DNA of 64,000 bases. Source: Rhizophagus irregularis (Eukaryota). The position numbers and the translations under genes were made by a program. The notes under the pieces were generated by a model. It made no database searches. It had not been told where the DNA came from and was given only the letters and a program-made list of their open reading frames with translations. The stretch spans positions 3,658,001-3,722,000 of the forward strand of contig NC_089430.1 of assembly GCF_026210795.1 (NCBI RefSeq), written 5' to 3'. This document shows, piece by piece, positions 38,285-51,080 of the stretch (positions are counted from its first letter, which is position 1; each line of letters begins with the position of its first letter).

Positions 38285-41200
38285 GATTTAAGAATACCAA
38301 TCAGATCAGAAAAATCTTAACCCATGGGAAAATAAAGTGTCTCCTGCTCTATTGTATTTATATCTGACTCTAGCAGTATAAGAACCTGTTTATTGGTAAT
38401 CATGCCTTGTCAAACCATTTTCTGAATGCCACTTTTCTGAATATACTTCTCCCTAAATCAATTATCTAAAATGCCAATTTTCCAAATAGGATCTTTCCCT
38501 GAAATATTCACGAATCTGTATTTCCTGAATTCCAAATTCCTGATGCTCAATTTCCCAAATCCCGAAACCTAATATATCCTTATACCCAATATCCCGAATG
38601 GGCAATTTCCCGAAATATAAAATAATATACTGTAATCTCTTTTAATTCATATGATTTATTATAAACTGTGTAATAGATAATGGATGAGAATTATTGTGAT
38701 AAATACTTTGTTTCCATAAATCGGAAATTGGCTGATACAGATGTACATATATCGTAAACAGATCAACGGATCGATCTGTTTATATACTGCAGTCACGATA
38801 ACAAAATTTTCCGGTTATGCACTTAACTGCTGTAATCATTGACCTATCGCATATTATTTAAAGTAATGTAAGAATATTAAATAATTGGCCAAAGATATGC
38901 ACATATAAGATCAAATGATAAAAGAATGAAGTCAAAAAAAAAAAAAAATTTTTTTAAAAAAAAAAAATTTGAAAAAGGAGTGCAGTGCAAGGAGTACAAA
39001 AAAAAAATTTAAGGGGCCGAAATGCAAAGCGGATAACCCAAATCAACCCGGTAACTTACGTGATCAAAGTATGTATCCTGGGAAATTTTCATAAGATAAA
39101 AAGGAAAAAAATTTGTGTATTATTAATTTGGAACATAATCATTGTGCTATAAACCCGATTTAGGTAGTAACTAATATGTATTTTATTTATATTTAAAATT
39201 TTTCTTCGTTTAAGAGCAATGATATAAAAAACAACATAAAAAACATATTTTATATACAATATACAGTGTATTCGACTTTTTAGTATACTGTAACGTTTCT
39301 CCAAATAAAAGAATTGGTATTGATATTGACCCAAAAAGAAAAGATGTAGTTAAAATTGACCGTAGCCCAATTGTAGAACAATATCCAAAATATTGTGTGA
39401 ACGCTAAAACGAATTTGCGTATTAAATATATTTTTTACAACTCCAACGGATGATCATGCATAATTAGATAAGCCATGTAACGGTTGTTACAAATAAATTT
39501 ACAAAATGTTTATATTATACTGTACGTGAATTTTATGATCTTTATATATATGTAAGAAAAATATTTAAAGAATTTATTATATAATCTTAATTTTATTTAT
39601 AGATAGACAATAATTAATTAATTGATTAGGTTCGTCAACGAATTATATATACTTTAGTAACAAACCTATTTCTGTTTTCTTGTCTAATACGCGTTGCTAA
39701 CTCCTGCACGCTATAAATTTTTTCCTAACGAATATCACATCTCCCTTTTCAAAATCTTTCTCAATATTCCTATCTGAATGAAGGCTTTGATTTTCAAATA
39801 ATTATTTTTTTGGATCATTAGCGTCTAATATTGACACAGCCGTAACCTCTTACTCTTGAGTGAGCCTTTCGCTAGAACCATGTAGAAACTTGGACATTTT
39901 TTGATAAATAGTATTTGTGGAGGTTCGGGTGCAATTGGTGTAAAAAGTTTTTTTGTTAAAATATTTTTTTACATGAAATTAATGAAAAAATCTAAAGGAT
40001 GATGACTTTTTATACCTTTTTTTATAATGTTAGAAATCTTCTTTTTTTCAAATTCATTCAAAAATTCAAAATTCGTTAAATTCGATCGTTGAAAAAAATT
40101 GATAATTTAATAATTGAAAAGAAGGAGCCTCAAATTTTCATTTTCCCTATGGAAAAAACATCATGAGGCATGAGACTTCGTTATTTCATTATCATTCTCA
40201 CGAGGCAATCACTTGCCATTATATTAAACGTCCGTATAAGGAACTGTAACATTTTTTTTCGTGAAATGATTTTTTTAATTAATTAATAAATCCAAAAAAA
40301 ATTTTTTTTAAGGAGGTTAAAAAAAAAAAAATCTTGGATTGAAACGTAATGATATAAGTTACAGGTCAGCAGCATCAGTGTAAATATATAGTTATATATT
40401 TATTATTAAAACATGACCTCTCCTTCAAGGAAAAAGAATCATACAATATATTTTAGATATTTTAACATGAATATTTGTAATTGCATACTTCAATCCCATA
40501 ATTCACAGTTTTTTATAAATTATTAAATTTTTTATTGTAGTTACAAATCGTTACCATCCTAGCAATAGGCATTGTACAATTGGTAGATCTAGCTCTGCTC
40601 TACCATTTCGTCTAACGATGGACATTGTATAACTGGTATCATTTTTTTTTGGGTTGTCATTAGTACCGACGTCCTCGTCGTGCAACCTGGGTACTAGTAA
40701 TATGCTAGTAGCAAACGGGTACTACTAAAATTGAAAAGAATGAAGCTGAAGCAAACAATTAAACTTTTTTTTATTGTTATTACACGTGAATCTTTTTTAC
40801 TAGTTATGAATTTTTTTTATCCGCTAATAAAAAACTTTTTTCACATGGTTTTTTCACGTTTTTTTTATATGTATACATTTTTTAAAATATTGATGAATTT
40901 TTTTATGTGATAATTATGTAAACAAGTCATTTTTTTTATAAAATAAATATTTCCTAAAATGATAATATTCCTCGAGTTTGATCGTTCGATTAATGATCTC
41001 AAGGCTATCTCTTTTTTTTGTATATAAGAACAAAAAAATGATTATTTTTTTAGTACTCCAACGTAGCGGAAGAAAATTTTTTAGGTATGAATTTATAAAA
41101 TTTTTTCTTTATATAAATTGACTTCAATAATTTAATTTATTTTTATTGATAATTTATTTAATAGAAAAATCAAAGCAGTGGTTTTAATTTTTTTTTTTTA

Positions 41201-41889
41201 TTAATTCAACGCGCAGTCAGCAGCAGAAAAAATTTTTTTAGGTACGAATTTAATAATTGACAATTCATATAGAGAGACAATTCATAAGCTACTATTAACA
41301 ATTAATTGATTAAAGCATGTCGCCACCTGGATCATCAAGAAAAAGGACGAGAAAGACCTATTTCCAGCGTCATACTCATCGTCAAAAAGACAAAGAAGAA
41401 AGAAGATGGAAAGATAAATCCTATGAATTGGAAAAGAAATATGATAATCTTTTGGAAAATTCTGCATTTTTTCTTATTTGGGGATTTTTTATTATTGTAG
41501 TTTTTATTTTTATTTTTATTGCTATTTTAATTAATAAATACTATTAGTATAAATACTTCTAATTTCATTTGCTGATTTTGATCACTTTTGACTATATTCT
41601 CAAACCTGACTTTTTAAAAATGATTGAACCCAACTGTACCACCACAGATTTGATGGTGATGCAGGAGACTAAAATCAAAAATTTGACCATGATCTACATT
41701 AGATATTGGTCGAATAATGCACTAATTAAACGTCACGCGTATTTAAAGTTTAAAAAAGGATCATCTTTTTTAAACTCCCCTTTCCCCTTCCACTTTCCCT
41801 CCTTTCGTTCGTCCTCCCTTTCCCTTTCGTCCTTCCCTTCCCCTTTCGTTCTCCCCTTTTCTCACACCTTCTTCCGCCTCTTTTTCTTG

Positions 41890-43570
41890 GAAGTAATGTA
41901 AGTTTCGTTTCGAAACTTACATATCTTTTTTTTAATTTTTTTTTTAATCTTTTTAATTTTAATTAAGAAACGAACTAACGTTTCTTTTCGTTATTTTTTT
42001 TATAGGACGTGTAGGAGGACGCCGGCTTGTTCACGAAACCGGACTTTAAGGTAAAAAACGGGGAAAGGGGAAGGAGGAAGGGGTTTTGGAACCTAAAATT
42101 CTTAAGAATCTTGGTTTTATTTATTTATTTTTTTTATTATTTTGGAACGGTTTACTAACCGTTCCTTTCTTTTTTTTATAGGCTCGGTGTATTTCCGACG
42201 AATAGATGAACCAAGATTCGTAAGTACGAGTACGAATCTTGGTTTATTTATTTTTTTTTTTAATATTATGGAACGGTTACTAATAACCGTTCCTTTCTTT
42301 TTTTAGGTTTCGGTGGAGCTTCCGAGTTCCGAAGAACAGAAAAACTAAGATTCGTAAGTAAGTACGAATCTTGGTTTTGTCTTTTTTAAATATTATTAAC
42401 GGTTACTAATAACCGTTTTTTTCTTTATTTTTTTAGGTTCGGGTGTCTTCCGAAGAACGGAAAAAGAGGACCAAGATTCGTAAGTACGAATCTTGGTTTT
42501 GTTTATTTTTTTTTAATATTATGAACGGTTACTAACCGTTCTTTCTTTTTTTTAGGTTCGGGTGGGCTTCTGAAGAACGGAAAACCCAAAGATTCGTAAG
42601 TACGAATCTTTAATTTTTTTTATTTATTATTACGAACGGTTTACTAACCGTTTTTGTATATTTTTTTATAGGTTCGGGTGGGCTTCCGAAGAACGAAAAC
42701 CCAAAGATTCGTAAGTACGAATCTTTACTTTGTTTTTATTTTTTATTATTACGAATGGTTTACTAACCATTCTTTCTTTTTTTTTATAGGTTTGTGGGCT
42801 TCCGAGGATCGGAAAAAGGAGAACTAAGGTTCGTTACGAACCTTGGATTTTTTTTTATTATTATGAACGGTTTCTAACTGTTCTTTTTCTTTTATTTTTA
42901 TAGGTTCGGTTGGCTTCCGAAGATCGAAGGAACCAAGATTCGTAAGTACGAGTACGAATCTTGATTTTTGTTTTTTTTTATTATTTTGGAACGGTTTACT
43001 AACCGTTCCTTTCTTTTTTTTAATAATTTCTTACGTTTGTAGGACGGTTCCTTGGAATTTTCTTCAGCTTTGGTAAGTTTCTTTTGAAAATTTATTTCTG
43101 GGAAAGGGAGGTGCAGCTGGTGTTTTTTCATAGTAATTAGATAAAATTTTTTTTTTACACCATAGCCACCATGTACGCTAGGAAAACGGAATCCTTCGTG
43201 TTGCATAACTCGCAAATGTTACGTGTAGGACGTGTAGATGTCTTGGAATTGGTAAGTTTTATTTTTTTATTATTAATTTTGATTTTTTTTTATTAATTTT
43301 TTTATTAATTTTTTTTATCTTTTAATTTGTAAAAATCGATAGTTTCACACTTCCCGGATCGAATTAGTAAGTTTTTTCACTTAAAACTTTTTTTAAAATT
43401 TTTTTTTATTATTATTTAATTTTTTTATTATCTTTTTTTGTAGTTTCGGCTTCCTTATCCCGGATCAGTAAGTTTCAAAACGGTTCGTTTTGAAACTTTT
43501 TTTTTAAGTTTAATTTTTCCGAATTTTTATTTCAGATCGGACTTGGACTTTATTTTTTTTCTTTAGGTAT
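41890..43570 (+). repeat. Tandem array of ~12 micro-exon/intron units (~115-130 bp) with hairpins over the 5' splice site and branch point
   Basis: Unit: TTTTTAG|GTTCGGGTGGGCTTCCGAAGAACGGAAAACCCAAAGATTC|GTAAGTACGAATCTTT..GAACGGTTTACTAACCGTTC..TAG. Confidence 0.88.
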
Positions 43571-44350
43571 AGTTAGACGACTTTTAACATTCGTTCTTTT
43601 CAAGATGTGATCACGTGATTTGAACTTTATCTTTTTTTTATTTATAATATTAGATAAATGCTAATATACGTGTACTGTAGCATTTAATAAATTAATAAAT
43701 TTGAAATTGAACTAATATTAAACTAAATTAATAAAAAAAATATTGAAGAATAAATTGGTCATCTTTAGAGCTTAAAATTTTGTCGAATAATATTTATCTG
43801 AACTTGTGCCTTAATTTGACTACTATTAGACCTATAGTCAAATTTAGGTTGAACGGTAGTGTAATGATAGTTGAATATTCTTTCCGTATAAGACGATTGG
43901 CACCCGAACTGCGCCAAAAAATTCGACCTTAATTTGACTTGTCTTTTTTCAACTAGTGTAAAAAAATCGTTTTAGCAATATTAAACCGATATCAATATGA
44001 TAATTATTTGTTGTTTTAGCGATATCAACATATTATTGATTTAACATTTTTAAAATAATATCGTTATGATATATTTTAATACTGAATTGATATTATATCA
44101 ATATCGTGTTTTTTCACATTTTTTTAAAAAAATATCATTGTCATTTTGACGATATTAAAGTGATATCGATTTGATATTTATTTAAATAAATATCTCTACG
44201 ATATCTTTTTGATATATCAAATCAATATTGGAACGATATCATCCTAATATTATAATGATATCATCTGCAAATCGATATCACTACGATATAGAATTAACAT
44301 CATTATTATATCAATTTGGCATTGTTTAAAATTTTGAGGTTTCTGTAAAG

Positions 44351-45102
44351 TAGATGGAGGCGCAGATCAAAGATTATCACAACCTTGTAGAGGTTTCGCT
44401 ACTATGTCCTCAAATTTTAGAAATTTATTGACTAATTGGTATATTACTGAAGACAAGGTATCAAATGAACAAGAACCGGAAGGAAATGAAGAAGGTTTGT
44501 ATTACAATTTTATAATAATAATATTTCCGCAATTATTAACGTATTTTTAATTTTATATAGCCATTTCATCTCCAGTGGATTTTATTACAAATATTATCTT
44601 AAAGAGGAGCTTATCCCGTCAGGATCGCGAAAATATCATGAAAAATTTGCCAAATTTCAAATCTGAGCTGCTTCTTTCATTTATGGACATTGGACAAAAG
44701 TCAGCTCTTATATATTCTCAAATGAGCTGGTATGAATTGGCGACATACACTATGGAAGAAAGCGATGGCGTATTTTCCAAAGTACATCTTCATATTGGTG
44801 ACGTCATAACAATACACGAGAAAGACAGTGGTGAATGTTATGCGATTATAAAAGGGATCTTCAAATACAAAGGCAATGATGATAAATATTATGCCTTTAT
44901 TACTATTGATTGGTTTGACAATATTAACAGAATTCACAACGTATTGAAATGTCCTCTTTTTCGCATTCAGACAAGCCAAGACATTCGCTGGAGAAGAATC
45001 TTCCCGATATCAATAATTGACCACGTACAGAAAGTTCACTGTGTCTATGATACGAAAATTGATTTGTGGATAAAAAATAATTATTATTTTACGGCTATAT
45101 AG
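44351..45102 (+). pseudogene. 3' part of the outer transposase with C-terminal BAH-like domain
   Basis: Resumes at DGGADQRLSQPCRGF, continuing FAIRHLV (cf. FAIRHLVDGGIDYRLSQSCNGF in the inner copy). LHIGDVITIHE..YAIIKGIF..FITIDWF. Confidence 0.88.
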
Positions 45103-46124
45103 CTTTATTATGCAGTACAATATCTCATGATTCTTTTCGGTATATTTATTTATGATAACGTGATTTATTAAATAAATAAAGATAACGATATCGTTACGAT
45201 ATCGTTTGATATCGTATTCATGAATTTATTAGGCACGTGACTTTGCAATTTTTATCCAATCAAATCATTGTTTGTTAGACATGTTAAACATTCGCACGAT
45301 TATGTTTATGTCTACATCTCTCTATTCAATTTTTTTTTTAATACCGAAAAACATTTTGACAGTTTTTGTTATCAACAGTATACTTTATTCAAAAAAATAT
45401 ATTCATATTAACAATTACAGTCAGACCACTGTATATGCGCGTCTATTTTTATTCTGGCGTACGACAGGTACATATTCTGCTCTCGCTGGGTTATGTTAAA
45501 CTATCTTTGATATTTATATAACGCGTCAAAAATAATTACGCGTTCAGTTTTAATAGTTTTTACCTTTTTATAATAATTTTTTTTTCATATCAATACCCAA
45601 AGAAAAAGAATAAAGGGAAAGAAGAAAAAAAAGAAAAAAACCATTGTGAAAAAACGAAAAAGAGAAAACAAAGGAACGAAAAGAAAGAGAGATTATCCTG
45701 AAATTTTTTCACAAAAGGTACTACTGTACTTGGGGGATCATTCGAGGGTTTTTTTTTGGCCGCTGATGGAAATGCACCATTTTTAAGACCTCTATATGGT
45801 AGGCCGTATCATGGAGGCAGGGTATGCACATAGCGAAAGCGCCGTGCTCCTATGTAATACTTGGGATCTTGTGGTATCGGAAGGTAGTGGTGATGTATCA
45901 TTGGTCATAGGCAGTTGGGTGCTAATGGCTGACGACCTAAGGGACACTCTAATGAGGTAGGCCCGCCGGATGAGCTCAACCCACTTATTGCATTTTTTGA
46001 TTCTTAAGGTTGAAAATCTTGGTGACCCAAGTGTTCTGAAACCAATTTTTATTTAAAAAAAAAATTTTGTTTGATTTCTATAAACGCAGTACTTTAATTT
46101 ATGCATCTTTTTTAGGATTAACAA

Positions 46125-46334
46125 CCAGCATTTGCAATGACTTTAATAAATCTCAAGAACTATCATTAAATTAGGTTGGTTTGTATCTTCAACTCCTGTA
46201 TTTTCTCATGGACAACTATATGTTGCATGTTCAAGAATAACATCAAGAAAAAATTTAAATAATTAAATTTTTACTTTATTTCAAGTTTAGGTTTTAACCA
46301 TTAACTGCTAATGTAGTTAACAGGTGAATCCTAG
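46125..46334 (+). mobile_element. 3' terminal fragment of a canonical Helitron (PIF1 helicase motifs V-VI, hairpin, CTAG)
   Basis: PAFAMTFNKSQ..VGLYL/PVFSHGQLYVACSRIT. Hairpin TTAACTGC-TAAT-GTAGTTAA at 46301-46320, then CTAG|T at 46331-46335. Confidence 0.8.
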
Positions 46335-46414
46335 TAGTATTTAATATTTGTGACGAAATCCGATAATGTTGTGCGTAACTACTCCATTATGTTATAACGA
46401 TATCGTCACGTTGG

Positions 46415-46860
46415 TTTATGTTAACCATCCGGGAGAGAGATGTGTCTAATTTACCAGGTACGATCGTATCTTTAATTTCGCAGAAACTTGCACCATAATC
46501 CGTGTACTTATTAATTTAACAATTGTCACAAAGTTTCGATACAATATTAGTGTCATAACAGTTAACCATCTGGAGAGAGAGAGATGTCTAATTTACCAGG
46601 TACTTATCTTTAATTTCGCAGAAACTTGCGTTGTATGTAATACAGACTCTTGTCAATTCAGTATTTGATATAATATTAGTGTCTTATGTTAACCGTCGGA
46701 GAGAGAAGTAATTTACCAGGTGCGTCGTAATCAGGAAACTTACATCAATTCAACATTTATAATATTATTGTCATACCGATATTGTCACATTGTTTTATGT
46801 TACTAGAGAGGGATGCACCTACATAATTTACCAAGTACGATTAAACTTCGCAATACTTAC
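46415..46860 (+). repeat. Degenerate tandem repeat (~125-140 bp, 4 copies)
   Basis: GTTAACC..GGAGAGAGA..TAATTTACCAGGT recurs near 46420, 46561, 46688 and 46800. Confidence 0.75.
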
Positions 46861-47129
46861 TATCAATTCAACAATTGTGAATCAATAATGACGGAACGCG
46901 ACTACTTCAAGCTGTAATAACAATGATATCGATACGTTGTTTTTGTTTTTCATTTTGACCATCATAATTGCATATTAATAATATATACGGCATTATCAAT
47001 TAATAAAAATTATTGAATGTACTACCTATGGTTCACAATTATTTCATGACCCTCTAAATTCTTGTCAAATATCATCTTGATACTGTTTAAATGTCGTCCT
47101 GATATCTTAATAATATTTTTAAATGAAAT

Positions 47130-47720
47130 AATATTTTTAAATGATATCGTAACAGTACGGTTTGATAATTATATCGATACATTTTCAACATCATCATAAC
47201 ATCTTCACGAAAACATCACGATTTTTAAATGATATTGTAACAGTACAGCTTTGATAATCATAACGATACATTTTCAACATCATCATAACATCTTCACGAA
47301 AACATCACGATTTTTAAATGATATCGTAACAGTACGGTTTGATAATTATATCGATACATTTTCAACATCATCGCAACATCTTCACGATAACATCACGATT
47401 TTTAAATGATATCGTAACAGTACAGCTTTGATAATCATAACGATACATTTTCAACATCATCGTAACATCTTCACGACGACATCACGATTTTTTTGAAGAT
47501 ATCGCGACGATATAGTTATGATAGTCTTAACGATACCTTTCCAACATCTTCACAATATCAAATTACGAAATCAATATGATATTGTTCTGATATCAAAATA
47601 TTACCGATTTTAATATCGCGAAGATGTTGGAAAGGTATCGTTAAGACTATCATAACTATATCGTCGCGATATCATCAAAAAAAATCGTGATGTCATCGTG
47701 AAGATGTTGAAAATGTATCA
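47130..47720. repeat. Subterminal 89-bp tandem repeats ending in a ~90-bp-arm inverted repeat
   Basis: TTTTTAAATGATAT(C/T)GTAACAGTAC at ~47133, 47222, 47311 and 47399. 47465-47550 is the reverse complement of 47620-47710. Confidence 0.85.
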
Positions 47721-48704
47721 TTAAAATATTGTGGCAAATTTGAAGATTTCAGCAAAGTAACTAATTGTAAATAGACATGTAAACAAAAAATAATCATTAT
47801 ATATAAATATGTTTATTGTATAATCAGATAAAATTATTTATCCAATTTATTATAATTATTTTTTCACATATTATACCCTTGTAGACTATGATTTTTTAGA
47901 AGACCAGGCCTCAAAGGACCCTTTAACTATCACAGTTGATAATATCATTAAACTGCCACTTGAAAAGATTATGCCAATCATTTGAAGAGAAAGGATTTAC
48001 CATTTATGGTAACCATTTAACACTTTGAACCTCTACAGTAAAGCTTTTAGTACTTCCAGTGGTATTGTAAAATGACCATTGGAACAGAACACTACTCTGA
48101 AATATGTAAGTAGTAACTTTAAAGACAGGATTTTGAATATTCTAAAAACCTTATAAGAAATGTTAAAAATGTGTGACCTAACTGTATATACTAATTTACT
48201 ATGGTGCAGTTTAACTACTCTAATTCTTATATTTTCATATTATTGATAATAGTGTTTGCAGTAAAATTTGTTTAATTTCTGTGATCAGCAGAATTAAACC
48301 TATGACTTTACCATAATCAGACTTAATAAAGAAATGCGATCTTAACAACTATACTAGAATGATTAACCTTTAATAAAAATTTATTTTTGCACAAATGCTT
48401 ACAAACATCATAGTTAGCTTAAACTTATTAGAAGATAAACTACTGTAAAGACATTATACCTAAGACTTTACCATCTATGGACCCCATCTAACATGTGAAC
48501 CTTTGCAGTAAAGTTCAACATACCCTTAGTGATATCGTAGAATGACCACTAAGACAAGAGTCCATCTGAGTAGTATGCAAGTAGTGACTACTTAGACAGA
48601 AAAATTGGCTTCCCATTGCTTTAGTTTCAGAACGGAGGACACCATGATTCTCTGTTAAAATGTGCAGCCTAACTGTACATACTGATACACCATGATGCAG
48701 TTCA

Positions 48705-49314
48705 TATACATGAAACCGAAATTGGTTAATTTTGACCTCCAAAATGGTCGAAATGGTCAAAATGATTTTGACTTGAGCCTCTTCAAAAGTAGAAATGGTT
48801 GAAATTACGTCATAGTCATATGATTTTATAGTAAACAATAATATTAAAATTCAAAGTTAACGAGCTCCGCATCCAGTAATTCGATTTTTATGATCTTTAT
48901 ACGGTTGGATTTAGCTCATCAAGAGGATTCCAATGATATGTATTTCATATTTGTAGCATCAATATTGACGGAGTTATTCACGTTTAAAATTTGGTATTAA
49001 ATAGTCTTATAATTTTTATAGTAAACAATAATTTTAAAATTCAAAGTTAACGATCTCCGCATCCAGTGATTCGATTTTTATGATCTTTACGCGGTTGGAT
49101 TCAGCTCATCGAGAGGATTCCAATGATATGTATTTCATATCTGTAGCATTAATATTGACGGAGTTATTCACATTTAAAATTTTATATTAAATTATAATTA
49201 TAAAAATCACATGACTATAATGTAATTTCGACCATTTTGACTTTAATTTCATCTTTTGACCTTCCCAAGTCGAAATATTTCTACTTTTGGGCTTTAATTT
49301 CGACTTCATATATA
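48705..49314. mobile_element. hAT-like MITE with internal ~190-bp tandem duplication
   Basis: 8-bp TSD GCAGTTCA (48697-48704 and 49315-49322). TIR TATACATGAAACCGAAATT / AATTTCGACTTCATATATA. Confidence 0.8.
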
Positions 49315-49454
49315 GCAGTTCACACTAATCCTATAACTCCACTTCAACAATATGATATGTTTGTATGCAGTAAAATTCAGTGCAGATTCTGTGATCAACC
49401 AGAATTGAACCTGCATCCTCACTATAATCAGGTTTCACAAGAGGACTCACAGAC

Positions 49455-49739
49455 AGGACCCTGAACATTATTAAAACAACTCAGATCCTGTGTGACTAAA
49501 ATTTCAAATGAGATATCTCAGTCAAGATTATACCTAAAAAGATGAATTATATATCAAAATGTTCGCCTCAATGAGACGAATCTAACAAGCCAAATATCAT
49601 TAAAATCCAATCACTGGATCCCGAGATAGCAAAATTTGAGGCTAAAATCTACATATAACTTTATACATTTGGAACAGAAATTAATTATAAGGTTTATACA
49701 AATTCAGATCTGAGTTTTATTAGTAATGTTCGGGGTCCT
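49455..49739. mobile_element. MITE with ~30-bp TIRs
   Basis: AGGACCCTGAACATTATTAAAACAACTCAGATC / GATCTGAGTTTTATTAGTAATGTTCGGGGTCCT. Imperfect 8-bp TSD T(C/T)ACAGAC. Confidence 0.75.
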
Positions 49740-50039
49740 TTACAGACTAACCAATGAGCCAAGGGTGATCAACTCTTGATTCTAATTATATTATATTAGA
49801 AGAATATATATAATATACTAGTTTTCAAAAACAAGAATAATAATAATATATTAAAAATAAAAAATCATACTTATCTATCAAGAAATAATATTTTGTATAA
49901 TTAAATAAAATTAAAACAATTAGAATAAGATTATCAAGAAATTATTCACAAATATTAATTTTATATATTTTACATGAAGTTAGCTTAAAGTGAAAAAATT
50001 AAAATAATATTAAATATTTTTTATAAAAATCAACACTAG

Positions 50040-50460
50040 CTAAAGTAAAAGCTAATACAGTTTTTAAAATGATGTTAGAAATAACAGATAAATGGTTAAT
50101 TGAATTTTTTGATAAATTATATAAAGAAACTAATTCTACTAATAAATCAGAAAAAACTAATAATAGTAATAAGAAAAAATTGGTTTTTCTATGTTATTTT
50201 TTAGCATGTATTAATAATAAGTATATTAATGAAATTAAAGTTGATATTAGTTTATATTTGCATTTTGCAAACTTCTAGAGCATCAGCTACTTCTATTGAT
50301 ATACTTGCAAACATAAGATTATTAATATTAAGAAAAACTGTAGATAGGTAAAAAAAAGTTATTTCAAATGAACATGAACAATCTGTTAATAATTATTCTT
50401 ACAAAATATAGAAAAAAAAATTATTTTAAATATTGATGATTATCATAATATTTATTATCA
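50040..50460 (+). pseudogene. Decayed ORF fragment, possibly transposase-related (NIDDYH motif)
   Basis: KKLVFLCYFLACINNKYIN..SIDILANI..LNIDDYHNIY read across stops and frameshifts. Family not securely identified. Confidence 0.35.
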
Positions 50461-50501
50461 TACTATATCATCATTATTTCATTATTAGAAGTATAATTAT
50501 A

Positions 50502-50687
50502 CACTGGTAAAAAAATAACCTATCCTATACATATCTTACACATATCTTATATATATCGGATACTTAAAATATAGAAAATCTTACACAAATAATATACATA
50601 TCATACACACATCAGATATTTATATATATCGTATACCTATCAGGTATCTGATATTTGTATGATATATATATAAGTTAAAGATATACT
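50502..50687. mobile_element. Half copy of the CACTG MITE
   Basis: CACTGGTAAAAAAAT start and internal similarity to one arm of 52276-52554. Confidence 0.7.
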
Positions 50688-51080
50688 AATATGTAATTAT
50701 TTTTAGAAATTTATATATAAGGTTGCAATTATTACAACATACATAGTTGTAATTACAACACAATATTATAATTATTATATAATATTATAATTACTACTAG
50801 TATTATAATTATTATATAATGTTGTACAGTCAGACCTCTATAATTGCACTTTCTATAATTGCACCCACTATATCATCAGGAAATTTTATAGCGCGAAAAA
50901 TTGCGTAAGTTTACGATTTTGTAAGTTTACGAAAGTTTATGGCATAATATTTCGAAAAATTTCAAAATATTACGTAAGTTTACAATTTCGTAAGATTTAT
51001 GTGATATTACGGTTAAAATATTACGTAAGTTTTCAATATCGTAAGATTTACGCAATATTACGGTCAAAATATTCTGCAAA

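Larger units (their letters stand above)
29120..44350 (-). mobile_element. Nested giant DNA transposon (15.2 kb) of the same family, inverted, inserted into the outer transposase
   Basis: TA TSD (29118-29119 and 44351-44352). Ends CTTTACTGAAATATTCAAAT and TTTTGAGGTTTCTGTAAAG. GATATC-rich subterminal repeats at 29150-29700 and 43970-44330. Excision restores HLV|DGG. Confidence 0.92.
8248..47757 (+). mobile_element. Giant DNA transposon (outer element, ~24 kb without the nested copy) with CMC/EnSpm(Plavaka)-like transposase and cargo genes
   Basis: Left end TA|CTTTACAGAAACCTTGAAAAT. Right end AATTTGAAGATTTCAGCAAAG|TA. These match the two end types of the nested element. GATATC-rich tandem subterminal repeats at 8290-8800 and 47130-47720. 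Transposase stop lies ~2.65 kb from the right end, as in the nested copy. Confidence 0.8.

Noticed and set aside
41890..43570. CRISPR array (palindromic repeats with spacers)
   Set aside because: The intervening segments are homologous poly-T introns and related exons, not unique spacers.
43760..43960. CACTA element end (ACTAGTG at ~43952-43958)
   Set aside because: No matching second terminus or TSD was found.
45925..45985. Hammerhead ribozyme (CTGACGA followed by CCTA..TAGG stem)
   Set aside because: The required GAAA after stem II is missing and no convincing stems I/III were found.
47880..48700. Repeat-protein pseudogene (48020-48330 resembles 48490-48700 plus 49315-49430)
   Set aside because: The duplication is visible but too many stops prevent any product assignment.
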